NCBI GenBank assembly: GCA_035567135.1
Contig: DATMQI010000112.1
Coordinates: 51,297-115,296 of the forward strand
Length of the DNA: 64,000 nucleotides
Source of the DNA: Terriglobales bacterium
GTDB taxonomy: Bacteria; Acidobacteriota; Terriglobia; Terriglobales; Acidobacteriaceae
Direction of reading: 5' to 3'
Shown here: positions 19,224 through 29,000 of the stretch, one piece after another
Layout: each line of letters opens with the position of its first letter
How positions within the stretch are numbered: the stretch's first letter is position 1
Notes under the pieces: generated by a model
Database searches by the model: none
Told to the model about the DNA's origin: nothing
The model's input: only the letters and a program-made list of their open reading frames with translations
Made by a program: the position numbers and the translations under genes

Positions 19224-20156
19224 CTAGCAAACTTCTACTTCGACGAGCCGATCCCCCGGCTTCAGCAGGCCTTGGGCTGGAACACATCTGTCACTGAGTC
19301 GCAATTTCGTCGCCAAAATCCACTGGTCCCCGCAAGCCACTGCAGCACCGGAATCTGTTACCTCCCCGACCGTTCCGGGTGAGACATGGCAGTCAATGCC
19401 AGTCTTAAGCGCCTTCACTACCGCAACTTCTTGCACACCTAACCGGGTCCGAGGATGCCCCCAAGGCGAGTCGAAGGGCAGGTAATCACAGGCACGAACG
19501 AAATTGATTACCTTGGATGCGGGCCATTCCCAGCACATGCGACCCCGTTCCGGCACCTCTCGACCAAAGTATTGCCGGCTTGCCAGATCCTGGTTTACCG
19601 ACGGGATGCTCTCGCCAGCCGCGGCCACTTCAAGTAAACGCAGCAGGAGCGGAATACCTTCTCGAACGCACTTGAAGCTCAGGGAAAGCGCGGTATCCAC
19701 GTCCTCGATGGGAAAGGAGGATCGATAGACAATCGGGCCAGCGTCGATCTTAGGCACGATGCGATGGACCGTGACGCCGTGGTTTTGCTCACCCCGGAAA
19801 ATCGCCCAACTCACAACATTCAACCCCGCGTAGCGCGGCAAAGGTCCAGGGTGAAGGTTGAAGGCACCCAGCTTCGGTGCAGCCAACACGTCATCGTGAA
19901 TGACGTAGAGGGAATGAACATTCAGGAAAATGTCCACCGCCTCGGATCGCAACCGCTCGGACAAACTGGAATTTCTTACCAGGTTTGCAGGTAAAGTTTC
20001 AAAGCCAAGAGCCTGCGCAGAGTTCCACAAGTTGACTCGGCTTGTGCCCGGCTTCGGAGGCTCTGTAAGGACCGCAACAACCTGATGCTCACTCTGTGCC
20101 AGCGCGCGCAACATTTGCGCGCCGGCAGATTCTTCAGCTGCGAGAACTACTCTCAT
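19224..20156 (-). CDS. Fmt/ArnA-N-like formyltransferase
   Basis: The formyl-transfer site FNLHPGPLPRYAG (Asn and His) and KIDAGPI (Asp) are present, with a C-terminal Fmt-like domain. The ATG at 20154-20156 overlaps the upstream TAA (TAATG). Confidence 0.8.
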   Translation of the reverse strand: MRVVLAAEESAGAQMLRALAQSEHQVVAVLTEPPKPGTSRVNLWNSAQALGFETLPANLVRNSSLSERLRSEAVDIFLNVHSLYVIHDDVLAAPKLGAFNLHPGPLPRYAGLNVVSWAIFRGEQNHGVTVHRIVPKIDAGPIVYRSSFPIEDVDTALSLSFKCVREGIPLLLRLLEVAAAGESIPSVNQDLASRQYFGREVPERGRMCWEWPASKVINFVRACDYLPFDSPWGHPRTRLGVQEVAVVKALKTGIDCHVSPGTVGEVTDSGAAVACGDQWILATKLRLSDRCVPAQGLLKPGDRLVEVEVC

Positions 20157-21853
20157 TACTCTTGGGCGCTGACAGTCCAAGCGAGCCAAGGTTGTTTACA
20201 GGCTACTGCATCCGAGTCAGCCTCGCTGTTGTTGACAAACAACGCGGGCCCGCGCTTGACGCTCCACTTGATTTTATCTCCTGGCGCAAACGCTCTTACG
20301 ATTTCGGGACGATCAATTTTTCCGCTCGCGTTTTTAGGCAGTTGCATACATCGCAGCCAACGCGAGGGCAACATATAGGAAGGCAGCAGTTTGCCCAGCC
20401 TGTTCCCTATCTCCAACTCGCTCATTTGGCAGTGCTCCTGCAGAACGTAGGCGCAGGCGATAAGGTTGCCCTCGAAACTTTCGGTTGGAATGGCCACTGC
20501 GGCACATTCTTTGAGCTCTTTGAAGGTATTCAGGGCAGCTTCAATTTCACCTAGCTCGATGCGATAGCCACGGCTCTTAATCTGTGTATCAGCGCGGCCC
20601 ACGAAATAAACCAGGCCATCCTCCCCGATGCGCGCGCGATCACCGGTGCGATAGATCCGGTCGTTAGACCCGTAAGAAAGAAAAGCTGCACTCGTCTTTT
20701 CGACATCACGCCAATAGCCAGGACTTAGACCTACACCTCGAATATAAAGATCGCCGACTTCACCCTGCGGAACCGGGCGCAGCTCGGCGTCCAGCACAAG
20801 CAACTCTTCTCCGTCGCAACCAATTCCAATAGGAATCGGCTGACGGCTGTCGGTTGGACATCCCGGAACCGTGTGATAACTGCTGGCAATGGTGGTTTCC
20901 GTGGGCCCGTAGAGATTGGTAAAACTAACTCGTGGAAGACGCTGCATCCAGTACATCAAAGCCGGAGTGGGCAGTACCTCACCGCACCAGAGCAGACGTT
21001 TCAGCGCGGGAAAATCATTGAACTCCACCACATCGAACCTTGCCATGTAGTTCAGCACGGAGGGAACAGAGAACCACTGGGTCAGCTTCGAATCGCGTAT
21101 GAAGTCGGCCAGCTTATTGGGCAGCAAACTCAATTCCGGAGGAACCAGATGGAGCTGGGCACCAACGGCGAAGGCACCGAAAATGTCAAAGGTCGACAGA
21201 TCAAAGTGCAGAGGGGGATGACCTGAAATGCGATCATCTGACCCCATTCCGAAGTAACGAGTGGCCCACCGCACGAAGTGGTTTACGTTGGCATGCGTGA
21301 TGACAACGCCCTTTGGTTCGCCGGTCGATCCTGAAGTGAATAAAAGATGAGCAGCATCGTGCGAGCCATTCTCGTAAGGTAGCGGCTCACTTGAAAAGTT
21401 GCTGATATCTTTCCCGACAAACCGCGGCACAAAATTTCGGCAGTCCGGCGACGCTTCCATCCAGCCCACACCAATCGAATTCCGGAATTCATCCTGGGAG
21501 AATAAATCTTCCAGCAAATTGACCGAGGCTCCTGCGCCCAGGATGTAACGAGGCTCGCTCGATCTGATCACCTTGGCAACGCGAGGAGCCGGGCTTGCAG
21601 TATCGATCGGGACGTGAATGCAATCGGCCTTCAAGATGCCGAGGATCGCGATAATGGCCTCGGGACTCTTGGGGAGCGCAAAGCATACGCGATCACCTTT
21701 GCGGCAACCGGCCGCCTTGAGAAGGCGTGCGAGCCGGTTGGTTATTTCGTCCAATTGCCCATAGGTCAGGGTGCGTCCCTGCATCACGAGAGCTACCGCG
21801 TCGGGGCGGCGCTGAGCCTGGATCGAAACCGAATTCTGCAACAGGTCTGTCAT
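20156..21853 (-). CDS. stand-alone adenylation enzyme, DltA-like (D-alanine--carrier protein ligase family)
   Basis: A-domain cores LLFTSGSTGEPKGV, FHFDLSTFDIF, LLWCGEVLP (DltA-like Cys), NLYGPTE, YRTGDRA, KSRGYRIELGEIE and SGKIDR. No C or T domain. Confidence 0.85.
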   Translation of the reverse strand: MTDLLQNSVSIQAQRRPDAVALVMQGRTLTYGQLDEITNRLARLLKAAGCRKGDRVCFALPKSPEAIIAILGILKADCIHVPIDTASPAPRVAKVIRSSEPRYILGAGASVNLLEDLFSQDEFRNSIGVGWMEASPDCRNFVPRFVGKDISNFSSEPLPYENGSHDAAHLLFTSGSTGEPKGVVITHANVNHFVRWATRYFGMGSDDRISGHPPLHFDLSTFDIFGAFAVGAQLHLVPPELSLLPNKLADFIRDSKLTQWFSVPSVLNYMARFDVVEFNDFPALKRLLWCGEVLPTPALMYWMQRLPRVSFTNLYGPTETTIASSYHTVPGCPTDSRQPIPIGIGCDGEELLVLDAELRPVPQGEVGDLYIRGVGLSPGYWRDVEKTSAAFLSYGSNDRIYRTGDRARIGEDGLVYFVGRADTQIKSRGYRIELGEIEAALNTFKELKECAAVAIPTESFEGNLIACAYVLQEHCQMSELEIGNRLGKLLPSYMLPSRWLRCMQLPKNASGKIDRPEIVRAFAPGDKIKWSVKRGPALFVNNSEADSDAVACKQPWLAWTVSAQE

Positions 21854-22878
21854 TTCGCTGCTAACTGCGAAGCTTGAGAGAAGACGACGCCGATGTGTTC
21901 CAGCTCTTCTCGGGTCGGAGGGATATCGAGAATAAAGGTCAGAAACCCGCGTTCGATGTATTTCGCCAGCTCTGACGCAACGCGGTCGTAGCTTCCAACC
22001 AGGTAAGGACAGAAAGTTTTGTAGTTTTCAAATGGCCACAACCAGTACGCGCTGTTGTTGGTCTTGGTTTCGACAGCCATCTGAGAAAGTTGTTTGTGCC
22101 ATGCCGAGTCTGAGGTTTTCATGGCTAGCTGGTGGGTCAGTTGCCCTTTGCGATCGGCCGGAAACCGTGCTTCGGCGACAGTCCATGCTTGCTCTTCTGA
22201 TTCGCGAGCGATAACGCCGACCCGCATGCCTGATTTCATCCCGGACTGACGATTATCCGGTTCACAGGCCGCCGGTTGGGGATATTTGACCGCAAGAGCG
22301 CCGAGGGCAGCCGCGGCCGTCAAACCTGCCTCGGAAGAACCTGAAACGAAGACTCCCGGCATCAATTCAGGATCCAGGGGAGGAGTCAACCGAAGTTTGT
22401 CTACCACATAGAATTCGCCGTGGTAGCTCACCTGCGCATCACCTTTTAGCAATTCCTGAATAATGGTTGTATATTCGACGACACGGGCGTAGCGCTTGTC
22501 GTGTGGGGTGTTGTCATTGAGCGCAGCCAGGTCGTTCTTGAATCCGCCGGCTACCATGTTCAGATATACGCGGCGGCCGTAGAGGTGGCCCAGAGAGCTC
22601 ACCATCTTGGCTACCGCGTACGGATGCAGGTAGGCCGGTTGTACCGCAACCAATGGGCACAATCTCTGCGTGTTCTGAATGATGATTTGCGCTACTAGCC
22701 AGGGATCGACCAGCGAGTTGTCGGTGTAGATGAGAATTCCTTCGCATCCCGCTTCCTCGCTCCAGCGAGCTACATCGACGATATTTTGCAAGTAGGACTT
22801 GCGTTCCACAGCGCTCGATTGGGGCGCGGTAGCAAAAACACGCAGGTGGGTAAGGTGATGAGTACTACGGTTCATCAT
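21850..22878 (-). CDS. LLM-class (luciferase-like) flavin-dependent oxidoreductase
   Basis: TIM-barrel LLM pattern (ARWSEEAGCEGILIYTD..., LVAVQPAYLHPYAVAKMVSSLGHLYGRRVYLNMVAGG). Its stop overlaps the downstream ATG (ATGA at 21850-21853). Confidence 0.8.
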   Translation of the reverse strand: MMNRSTHHLTHLRVFATAPQSSAVERKSYLQNIVDVARWSEEAGCEGILIYTDNSLVDPWLVAQIIIQNTQRLCPLVAVQPAYLHPYAVAKMVSSLGHLYGRRVYLNMVAGGFKNDLAALNDNTPHDKRYARVVEYTTIIQELLKGDAQVSYHGEFYVVDKLRLTPPLDPELMPGVFVSGSSEAGLTAAAALGALAVKYPQPAACEPDNRQSGMKSGMRVGVIARESEEQAWTVAEARFPADRKGQLTHQLAMKTSDSAWHKQLSQMAVETKTNNSAYWLWPFENYKTFCPYLVGSYDRVASELAKYIERGFLTFILDIPPTREELEHIGVVFSQASQLAAK

Positions 22879-22923
22879 CGCTGGTCAAATTTGCGGAGGA
22901 CTCGCTTCGATCGTCGCGAGCTG

Positions 22924-24171
22924 CTACTTACCGGCGGTTTCCAGCATGATCGGTTTATTGCCGATGGTCACTGAGGCAGTTTTCGCAGCCAGCGGAGTGG
23001 AGGCTCCGGAGATATCCCGATAACTTTTGAAGCCGGTCGCGTCAAAGCTCGAGGTTTTTTCGTACTCGTCGTCCCAAACGATTTTGCCGTTGTAAACCGG
23101 CCCTTCAATTTTGCACGTCCAGATGTGATTTTTCGCTGCGCACCCGGAGACGGTGTGCCCGAGCAGCCATTTGTGGACTTCTCGATAAGCGGCTCCTGCC
23201 GGCAATTCACCAGTCGACTCATGCCACATGGAACCGCAGCAGGTTCGTGGATTTCCGTCATACATGTACCAATAAACCCGCCCTACGCCGGCTGAGGCCT
23301 GGAGCACATAGTAACGAACCACGAAGGCGGCCGCCTGATCAAAGCCCTGCCAATTCGCGTAATCGGTTCTGGACCAACTGCCCTCGGTGTTCCAGATAGG
23401 CTTGGACGCGAGCGCTGGATAACGGGCGACCTTCTCTTTAATTTTGTCGAAACTCTCGAGAACCGCGCCCTCGGGAATGGGATGTCCGCCGGGGAGAACA
23501 GCAGGAGAGTAACCATGCCATGCAATGATGTCAGCATACTGCCCGCCGCCGGCTGCGAAGTAATGGTCGAAATAGGGACCGGCTCCAGCTTCCGGGGTCA
23601 GCACCAGAGCGCTGGGATCTACCTCTTTAATGACTGCGGCGGCATCTTTCTCCATGCGCACCATCTGCGCATCTTTGCCATTCCAGAAATTAAAGCCACC
23701 GGGCTCGTTCCAAACGCCCCAATATTTAATCTTGGCATAGCCGGAACCCAGATGCAGGTTGTGGGTCACGATGGATCGGACAAAGGCCTTCCATAGTTCG
23801 TCGGAGCCGCCACCATCCGCGGATAGGTCGCGCGGGGGACTGCATTCGCAGTCCGCGTGAGGTCCCGAGGAAGCCCATACTGGCGTCTTGCCAAAGGTGT
23901 AAACCACATCGTCAATTCCGTTCCGCTTGGCGGTCGCGAGCCAGTCATCCAAACGCTTCCAATTGCAATTCGGGCCGGTCGGGCACAAATGCGCCCAACC
24001 CGTCGCCGTCCCCCACAAACGAATACTGCCGACCGGTACATTCGAGTTAATCGAGGCCATGCGGTTGAAGTGCATGCCGAAGAATGTGGGTGTTATTGGA
24101 CCTTGGGAGAGGCAAGGGATTGCGAGCGCGAGAATCAAAACGAACCTGAGCAAAGGTCTCATCGTTTGCAT
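22924..24171 (-). CDS. secreted clan GH-A-like glycoside hydrolase (paralog of 46866..48191)
   Basis: Signal peptide (LLRFVLILALAIPCLSQG). YWGVWNEPGGFNFWNG has the NEP acid/base motif, and WNTEGSW is a candidate nucleophile Glu. The start is uncertain (24171 or 24162). The track start 24213 overlaps the upstream gene. Confidence 0.65.
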   Translation of the reverse strand: MQTMRPLLRFVLILALAIPCLSQGPITPTFFGMHFNRMASINSNVPVGSIRLWGTATGWAHLCPTGPNCNWKRLDDWLATAKRNGIDDVVYTFGKTPVWASSGPHADCECSPPRDLSADGGGSDELWKAFVRSIVTHNLHLGSGYAKIKYWGVWNEPGGFNFWNGKDAQMVRMEKDAAAVIKEVDPSALVLTPEAGAGPYFDHYFAAGGGQYADIIAWHGYSPAVLPGGHPIPEGAVLESFDKIKEKVARYPALASKPIWNTEGSWSRTDYANWQGFDQAAAFVVRYYVLQASAGVGRVYWYMYDGNPRTCCGSMWHESTGELPAGAAYREVHKWLLGHTVSGCAAKNHIWTCKIEGPVYNGKIVWDDEYEKTSSFDATGFKSYRDISGASTPLAAKTASVTIGNKPIMLETAGK

Positions 24172-24193
24172 TCGTCTTTCAGCAGTCGGGGGA

Positions 24194-24817
24194 TCAGGAG
24201 CGGGCATAAGCAATGAGATTGAGCCCGAAAGGTCCAGCCGCCTCGACGTGAGCCCCGGGCAACATTTGTTGCAGTTCGCGAGCAGATACTAGCCGGAGTG
24301 GCTCCCAACTCCGCATGTGTCCGAAAGAAAGATGAATTGCGATTTCCTGCATCCGCTTCGGCAGTAGATGGTAGAACGGCAAATAGGTGTGGGGGTCGAG
24401 AAAGAAATGCTTGTTCGGTGTGGACAGAAAGTAGCCGACACGCGCGACACGCTGCATTTCCTTGGCGAATTGCTGCTGCTTCGCGAGGTCGCCAACATGC
24501 TCCAGCACCGCATTGGAGAAGACCCAGTCAAAGCTGCGATCCGGATATGGCAAGGAACATCCGTCTGCGACTTCCACAGTGACGTTGGCTGCAGGTTTCT
24601 CGCGAGTGTTACAGTCGGGATCGCAATTCACCACCACGACGGTGTGAAACCGCTCGCGAAGGCGATTCCATTCGCCCGCAATTCCGGGTGAGCCGCCAAC
24701 ATCGAGCAGTGACATCGAACTGTCCGGCTGCATGATCTCAACCGCCGTCTGAGAACGGCTGGCGCGCAACCGAGCGTGGACTGGGCTGGTGAGCCTAAGG
24801 AGCAGAGGCGTGGACAT
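24194..24817 (-). CDS. class I SAM-dependent methyltransferase
   Basis: Motif I LLDVGGSPG and WVFSNAVLEHVGD. ATG at 24815-24817 preferred. The track uses the TTG at 24862. Confidence 0.75.
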   Translation of the reverse strand: MSTPLLLRLTSPVHARLRASRSQTAVEIMQPDSSMSLLDVGGSPGIAGEWNRLRERFHTVVVVNCDPDCNTREKPAANVTVEVADGCSLPYPDRSFDWVFSNAVLEHVGDLAKQQQFAKEMQRVARVGYFLSTPNKHFFLDPHTYLPFYHLLPKRMQEIAIHLSFGHMRSWEPLRLVSARELQQMLPGAHVEAAGPFGLNLIAYARS

Positions 24818-24909
24818 TCGGTGGACCTGACCTTCCTTCGTGAGTCGGAGTGTGTTCCGCAATTATTTCAGCGGAACTCGAACCTATAGGTGAACGATTG
24901 TTAACAACG

Positions 24910-26004
24910 TTAGCGATGCAGCGACGACTCGGCCGGCGAGGTCTTCTTTTTTTGCCACGAGAACGATCGGTTGGTAAGCCTGCGATAACTTTCCCACACC
25001 GGAAGCGGGACAAATGAGTACGTAAGTGGAATGATGAAGTACCACACGCTGAGAATACGATACTTGATCCCGTCCCAGGCTCGCTCTGGTATCGAAGGCG
25101 TTTCTACGCTTCCTTCGAGCGATACCGGATACACTGGCCAGCCTCCATTCTCCTGTTCGCGCCACAGAGAAATGTAGCGTGCAATCTTAGCCTTCATTAC
25201 TGGCGAGAGGCTCTCCGAATTTCGTCGGAACCCGTGAATCTCTTTGCTCTTTACTAATGAATGGTGACCCGCTTCGTCGATCGCACTTCGATCGGCCCCA
25301 TCGAGTATCGTCATCCTCGAATCAAAAGGAATCCGCAAGAAGTCGCAAACGCCTTTCATGACCGCGGTTGGTTCGCTAACGAGCTCTTCGTAGTGAACTT
25401 GGTGAACTGGAAATCGGTGTCGCAGCAGCCAGTCGCACTCACGTTTCAACTTCCGATATCCCAGCAGGGCGCGAAGAGTGATTCCCTTGCGGCTGAAAAA
25501 CGTCCGTTCCTCGCCGGCCTTCGCGATACTTTGACAGATGCTGGTTAAGTCTCGCCAAATGATGATGAATCTTGCGTTCGGAAAAGTACCGGCGAGATGA
25601 GACAGCAGATCGAAGTAGGTGGGAGATTTGCCGCCCCAGATGGTCGCGCCTTTTTTTTGCTCGCAGTATTCCCGCTGCACTGCTTCTAACGCGCCCTTCA
25701 GGTCGTGGATATTTTCAGGGATGTGGCTGCTATCGATTTTGTGGCGTGTAATTGCGCCATTAAAAAAGTCCCACTTGGTAAGCCAGTTGGATGTCTTACG
25801 CCGCACCCAAAACAAAGGGCGCAAGAAAACAAGGTCGTCTTCGTACGTTAAGGCAATTTGTGGATGCTGATTCAACAAAGCGTATAACAATGATGTTCCA
25901 GATCGCCAGATTCCCACCACGAACAACGGCCCATCGGCAATTATCGCTGGCTCCTCGGCGTTTAGCCGAGCGGTTTCCACAGATGGCATCACGAGTTCGG
26001 GCAT
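24910..26004 (-). CDS. sulfotransferase-family protein (Sulfotransfer_3-like)
   Basis: PAPS loop FVVGIWRSGTSLLYALL and FIIIWRDLTSICQS, with a hydrophobic C-terminal segment. ATG at 26002-26004 (preceded by GAGG) preferred over the TTG at 26034. Confidence 0.75.
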   Translation of the reverse strand: MPELVMPSVETARLNAEEPAIIADGPLFVVGIWRSGTSLLYALLNQHPQIALTYEDDLVFLRPLFWVRRKTSNWLTKWDFFNGAITRHKIDSSHIPENIHDLKGALEAVQREYCEQKKGATIWGGKSPTYFDLLSHLAGTFPNARFIIIWRDLTSICQSIAKAGEERTFFSRKGITLRALLGYRKLKRECDWLLRHRFPVHQVHYEELVSEPTAVMKGVCDFLRIPFDSRMTILDGADRSAIDEAGHHSLVKSKEIHGFRRNSESLSPVMKAKIARYISLWREQENGGWPVYPVSLEGSVETPSIPERAWDGIKYRILSVWYFIIPLTYSFVPLPVWESYRRLTNRSFSWQKKKTSPAESSLHR

Positions 26005-26069
26005 TTGTGCCTCAAGTTTTTTTTGAGATTGCAACTCTATCTAAAATGTTGCCTGCGTCCTGCCCGGAC

Positions 26070-29000
26070 TTACAGGCTGGAGTCGCCGTCGAAGAAACTC
26101 GGATCCCAGGGCTCAGGTCTCTCTAGACGAGCCGCCAAGCGCTGGTTATTTGTCCGATAAAAATATCGCCAGGAGGCAAGTTCCCGATGATGCGGATTCA
26201 TACTTTCAATGATCCGCTGTTTCTCAGAGCTGAAGCCGACGGCTTCGAGAATATAGATGCCCTCGTCGTGGCACCTGCGCAATGCCTGGTACAGAATGGG
26301 TCTGAGCAATTCGCTCTTGCCCGGCTCTGCCTGCAGATCGACAAGGCGCATGCGCTTCAGCCCCAGCCCGGGATTGTCCTGCCGGCATACGATTCCGTAT
26401 GCGGCAAGGTCATCCCCGTTATTCACGCTCAGCACCCACGCATTGTTTTTCTTGAGAGCATTTCCAAAGTGCCACTCCAGCACCTCGCGCGAGCGGCAAG
26501 CCCGCAAACCGGACGAACTCTTTCGAACGCGGCTCCAGAATTGCTCAAAGCTCTCGTCAAAGTGCTTGGAGAAACGAACCTCGACTCCGTTTCGTCTGGA
26601 ATGCAGGGCCCGTCCGGTGAGAGCGTCTCGAAGGAACAGTCCGGCGGAGAGCGGGTAACTCAAGCCCGGCGCACCTGGGAACTCCCTCTTGTGAAGAAAA
26701 CTCATGGTGAAAGCGCGATAGTTGGTAATCCAGAATGAGGACCGGTCCCAGGCGCCTGCCGGAACTCGCAAGCATTGGAACATCTCTTGCAGCTTCGACG
26801 CTTTGGCGTTGACCGTAGTATTCAGAAACAGGTCAACATTCGGCTGGTTGAAAAACTCGCCGAGCAGAGCGAAAGAGTAAGGACGATAACGGGAATCGAC
26901 GACCAGAGAGCGGCTGGTGGCGACCAGCAGCGGTTCATCGTCGAACTCGTATAGCAGGGGAATGTTCGCAATTGATCCGACGATTTCCTGGTCGGCATTC
27001 TCGCATACCCAACCGATCGGCCATCGCGATGTTCGTTGATAAGCCGGGTTGCGGTTCCACAAATCGACCCATTCTTCATATTTCTTGGGCTGGAGCCCGT
27101 AACGGGATTCCAGGGCTGCAATTTGGGGATAGTCCTCGAATGTGAGTTCGCGCAGCTGCGGTGCAGCGGACTTAGAACCTCTTTTTGCCGATCGGGACAA
27201 CTCCTTGTCCATTTCGGCGTCTTTCAAACAGACTCGCAGCTTGTCGGCCAGCAAGTCGACATTCTCCTCATGGAACATGGACTCGTGTCCGCCCCGAATT
27301 TTATGAAGTTCCAAATCTCCGCCAATCATTCCATTCCAGCTGGCATGAAAATCCCAATAGCGGCCTTTGGGCCAGTCAGTGGATTGGAAGAACACCACGC
27401 GTCCCGGATACGGCTTCGGGCGATAGACAAATGAAGCCGGATGCACGATGTGCTCCAGATCTTCGAGTCGCTCGATGCTTACACGGCGGTGGAAGGCATG
27501 CAAAGCGCGCCAGTAGCGCACACTGAGACGACGGCGAACGCCAATGACTCGATCGGTGAGGAAATCGGCAAGTCCCGGCAAGCCGCTGCGGCGAAGATTG
27601 GAAAACTGGAATCCGACCCTTCTGCGCAACAACTCGCTCCGGCTTTCCTGCGAGAAGTCCTCGTAATAAGCGGGATTTTGCGCGTCGAAGACCACCAGGA
27701 GCGCAATTTCTTCTCCTTGCTCGATCAGTTGTCTGGCAATCTCGTAGGCGATGACCCCATTTACGCACAAGCCGGCGATAAAGTAGGGCCCTTTGGGTTG
27801 CACTTCCCGCATGCAGCGGAGCAGGGCTCCGGCAATGTCTTCGAGCTTATACGGAACCTGCAAACGCGCAGCCTCAGATGCCGGGAGATGGAGTCCCAAG
27901 AGCGGACGATCCGTGCCCAAGCGGTGAGCCAATGGAAGGAAGAGTGGCCCACCCCGAACCCAAAACAGCGGCGGCTTGGAACCTTCCGGCTGAATTGGAA
28001 CCACCGCGGGATGATGAAGGGGTATTTCCTGTCCGCCTACTAGCCCCGCCAATTGCCGAATCGTAGGCGCTTGGAATATGTTGGCCAGCGTGAGTGCCTT
28101 CCCCAATCGTTGCTCAATCCGGAGCAAGAGCTTGGCGACCAACAGCGAGTTGCCACCCAAATCGAAGAAATTGTCGGTGATGCCGATCTCTTGCTTGCCA
28201 AGAACCGCCTTCCAAACTTCCACCAGTTCGGACTGCAGGGCATTCTCTGGGGGAACAAATGTTGTTGCGGAGACCGTCTGTTCCGCTGTGAGAGCCTGGC
28301 GATCCAGTTTGCCGTTCGGCATCAAGGGCAAGGTTTCCATGGTTACAAATGCCGACGGCACCATGGGCTCCGGGAGCCTCTTGCTTAAAAAGCTGCGTAG
28401 CTTGTCCGAATCAAATTGCGTCGCATTGAGTGGCACAACGAAAGCAACCAGGCCGGGTTCACCTTCCTTGCCTTCACGCAGCGCCACCGCCACTTGCCGC
28501 ACTTCCGGATAGTCAGAAATTACCGCTTCAATTTCCTCCAGTTCGATTCGAAAGCCGCGAATCTTTACCTGATGATCGAGCCTTCCAAGGAGTTCCAGAG
28601 TGCCATCCGGCAGCCAGCGGACCAAGTCTCCAGTCTTATAAAGCCGAGCACCAGGAGTTCGCTGAAATGGATCGGCTATGAATCTTTCCGCGGTTTCCGC
28701 AGGGCGGTTCAGATATCCACGTGCGACGCCAGGTCCACCGACGTAAAGCTCGCCCGGCACACCGACTGGCAAAAGGTTCAAGTGAACGTCGAGCACATAC
28801 ACTTGAGCGTTTGGAATCGGACGACCGATCGGAACCAGCCTCGACGGCTGACCCGCTTCGCACCTGTGCACCGTACTCCACACGCTGGCTTCCGTGGGAC
28901 CGTATTCGTTGTACAGGGTGGCGGCAGGTAGCAGCCGATGATGACGCGCGACGAGCTCGGCAGGACAGCTTTCTCCGGCAACAATTGTCACCTTTAAGGA

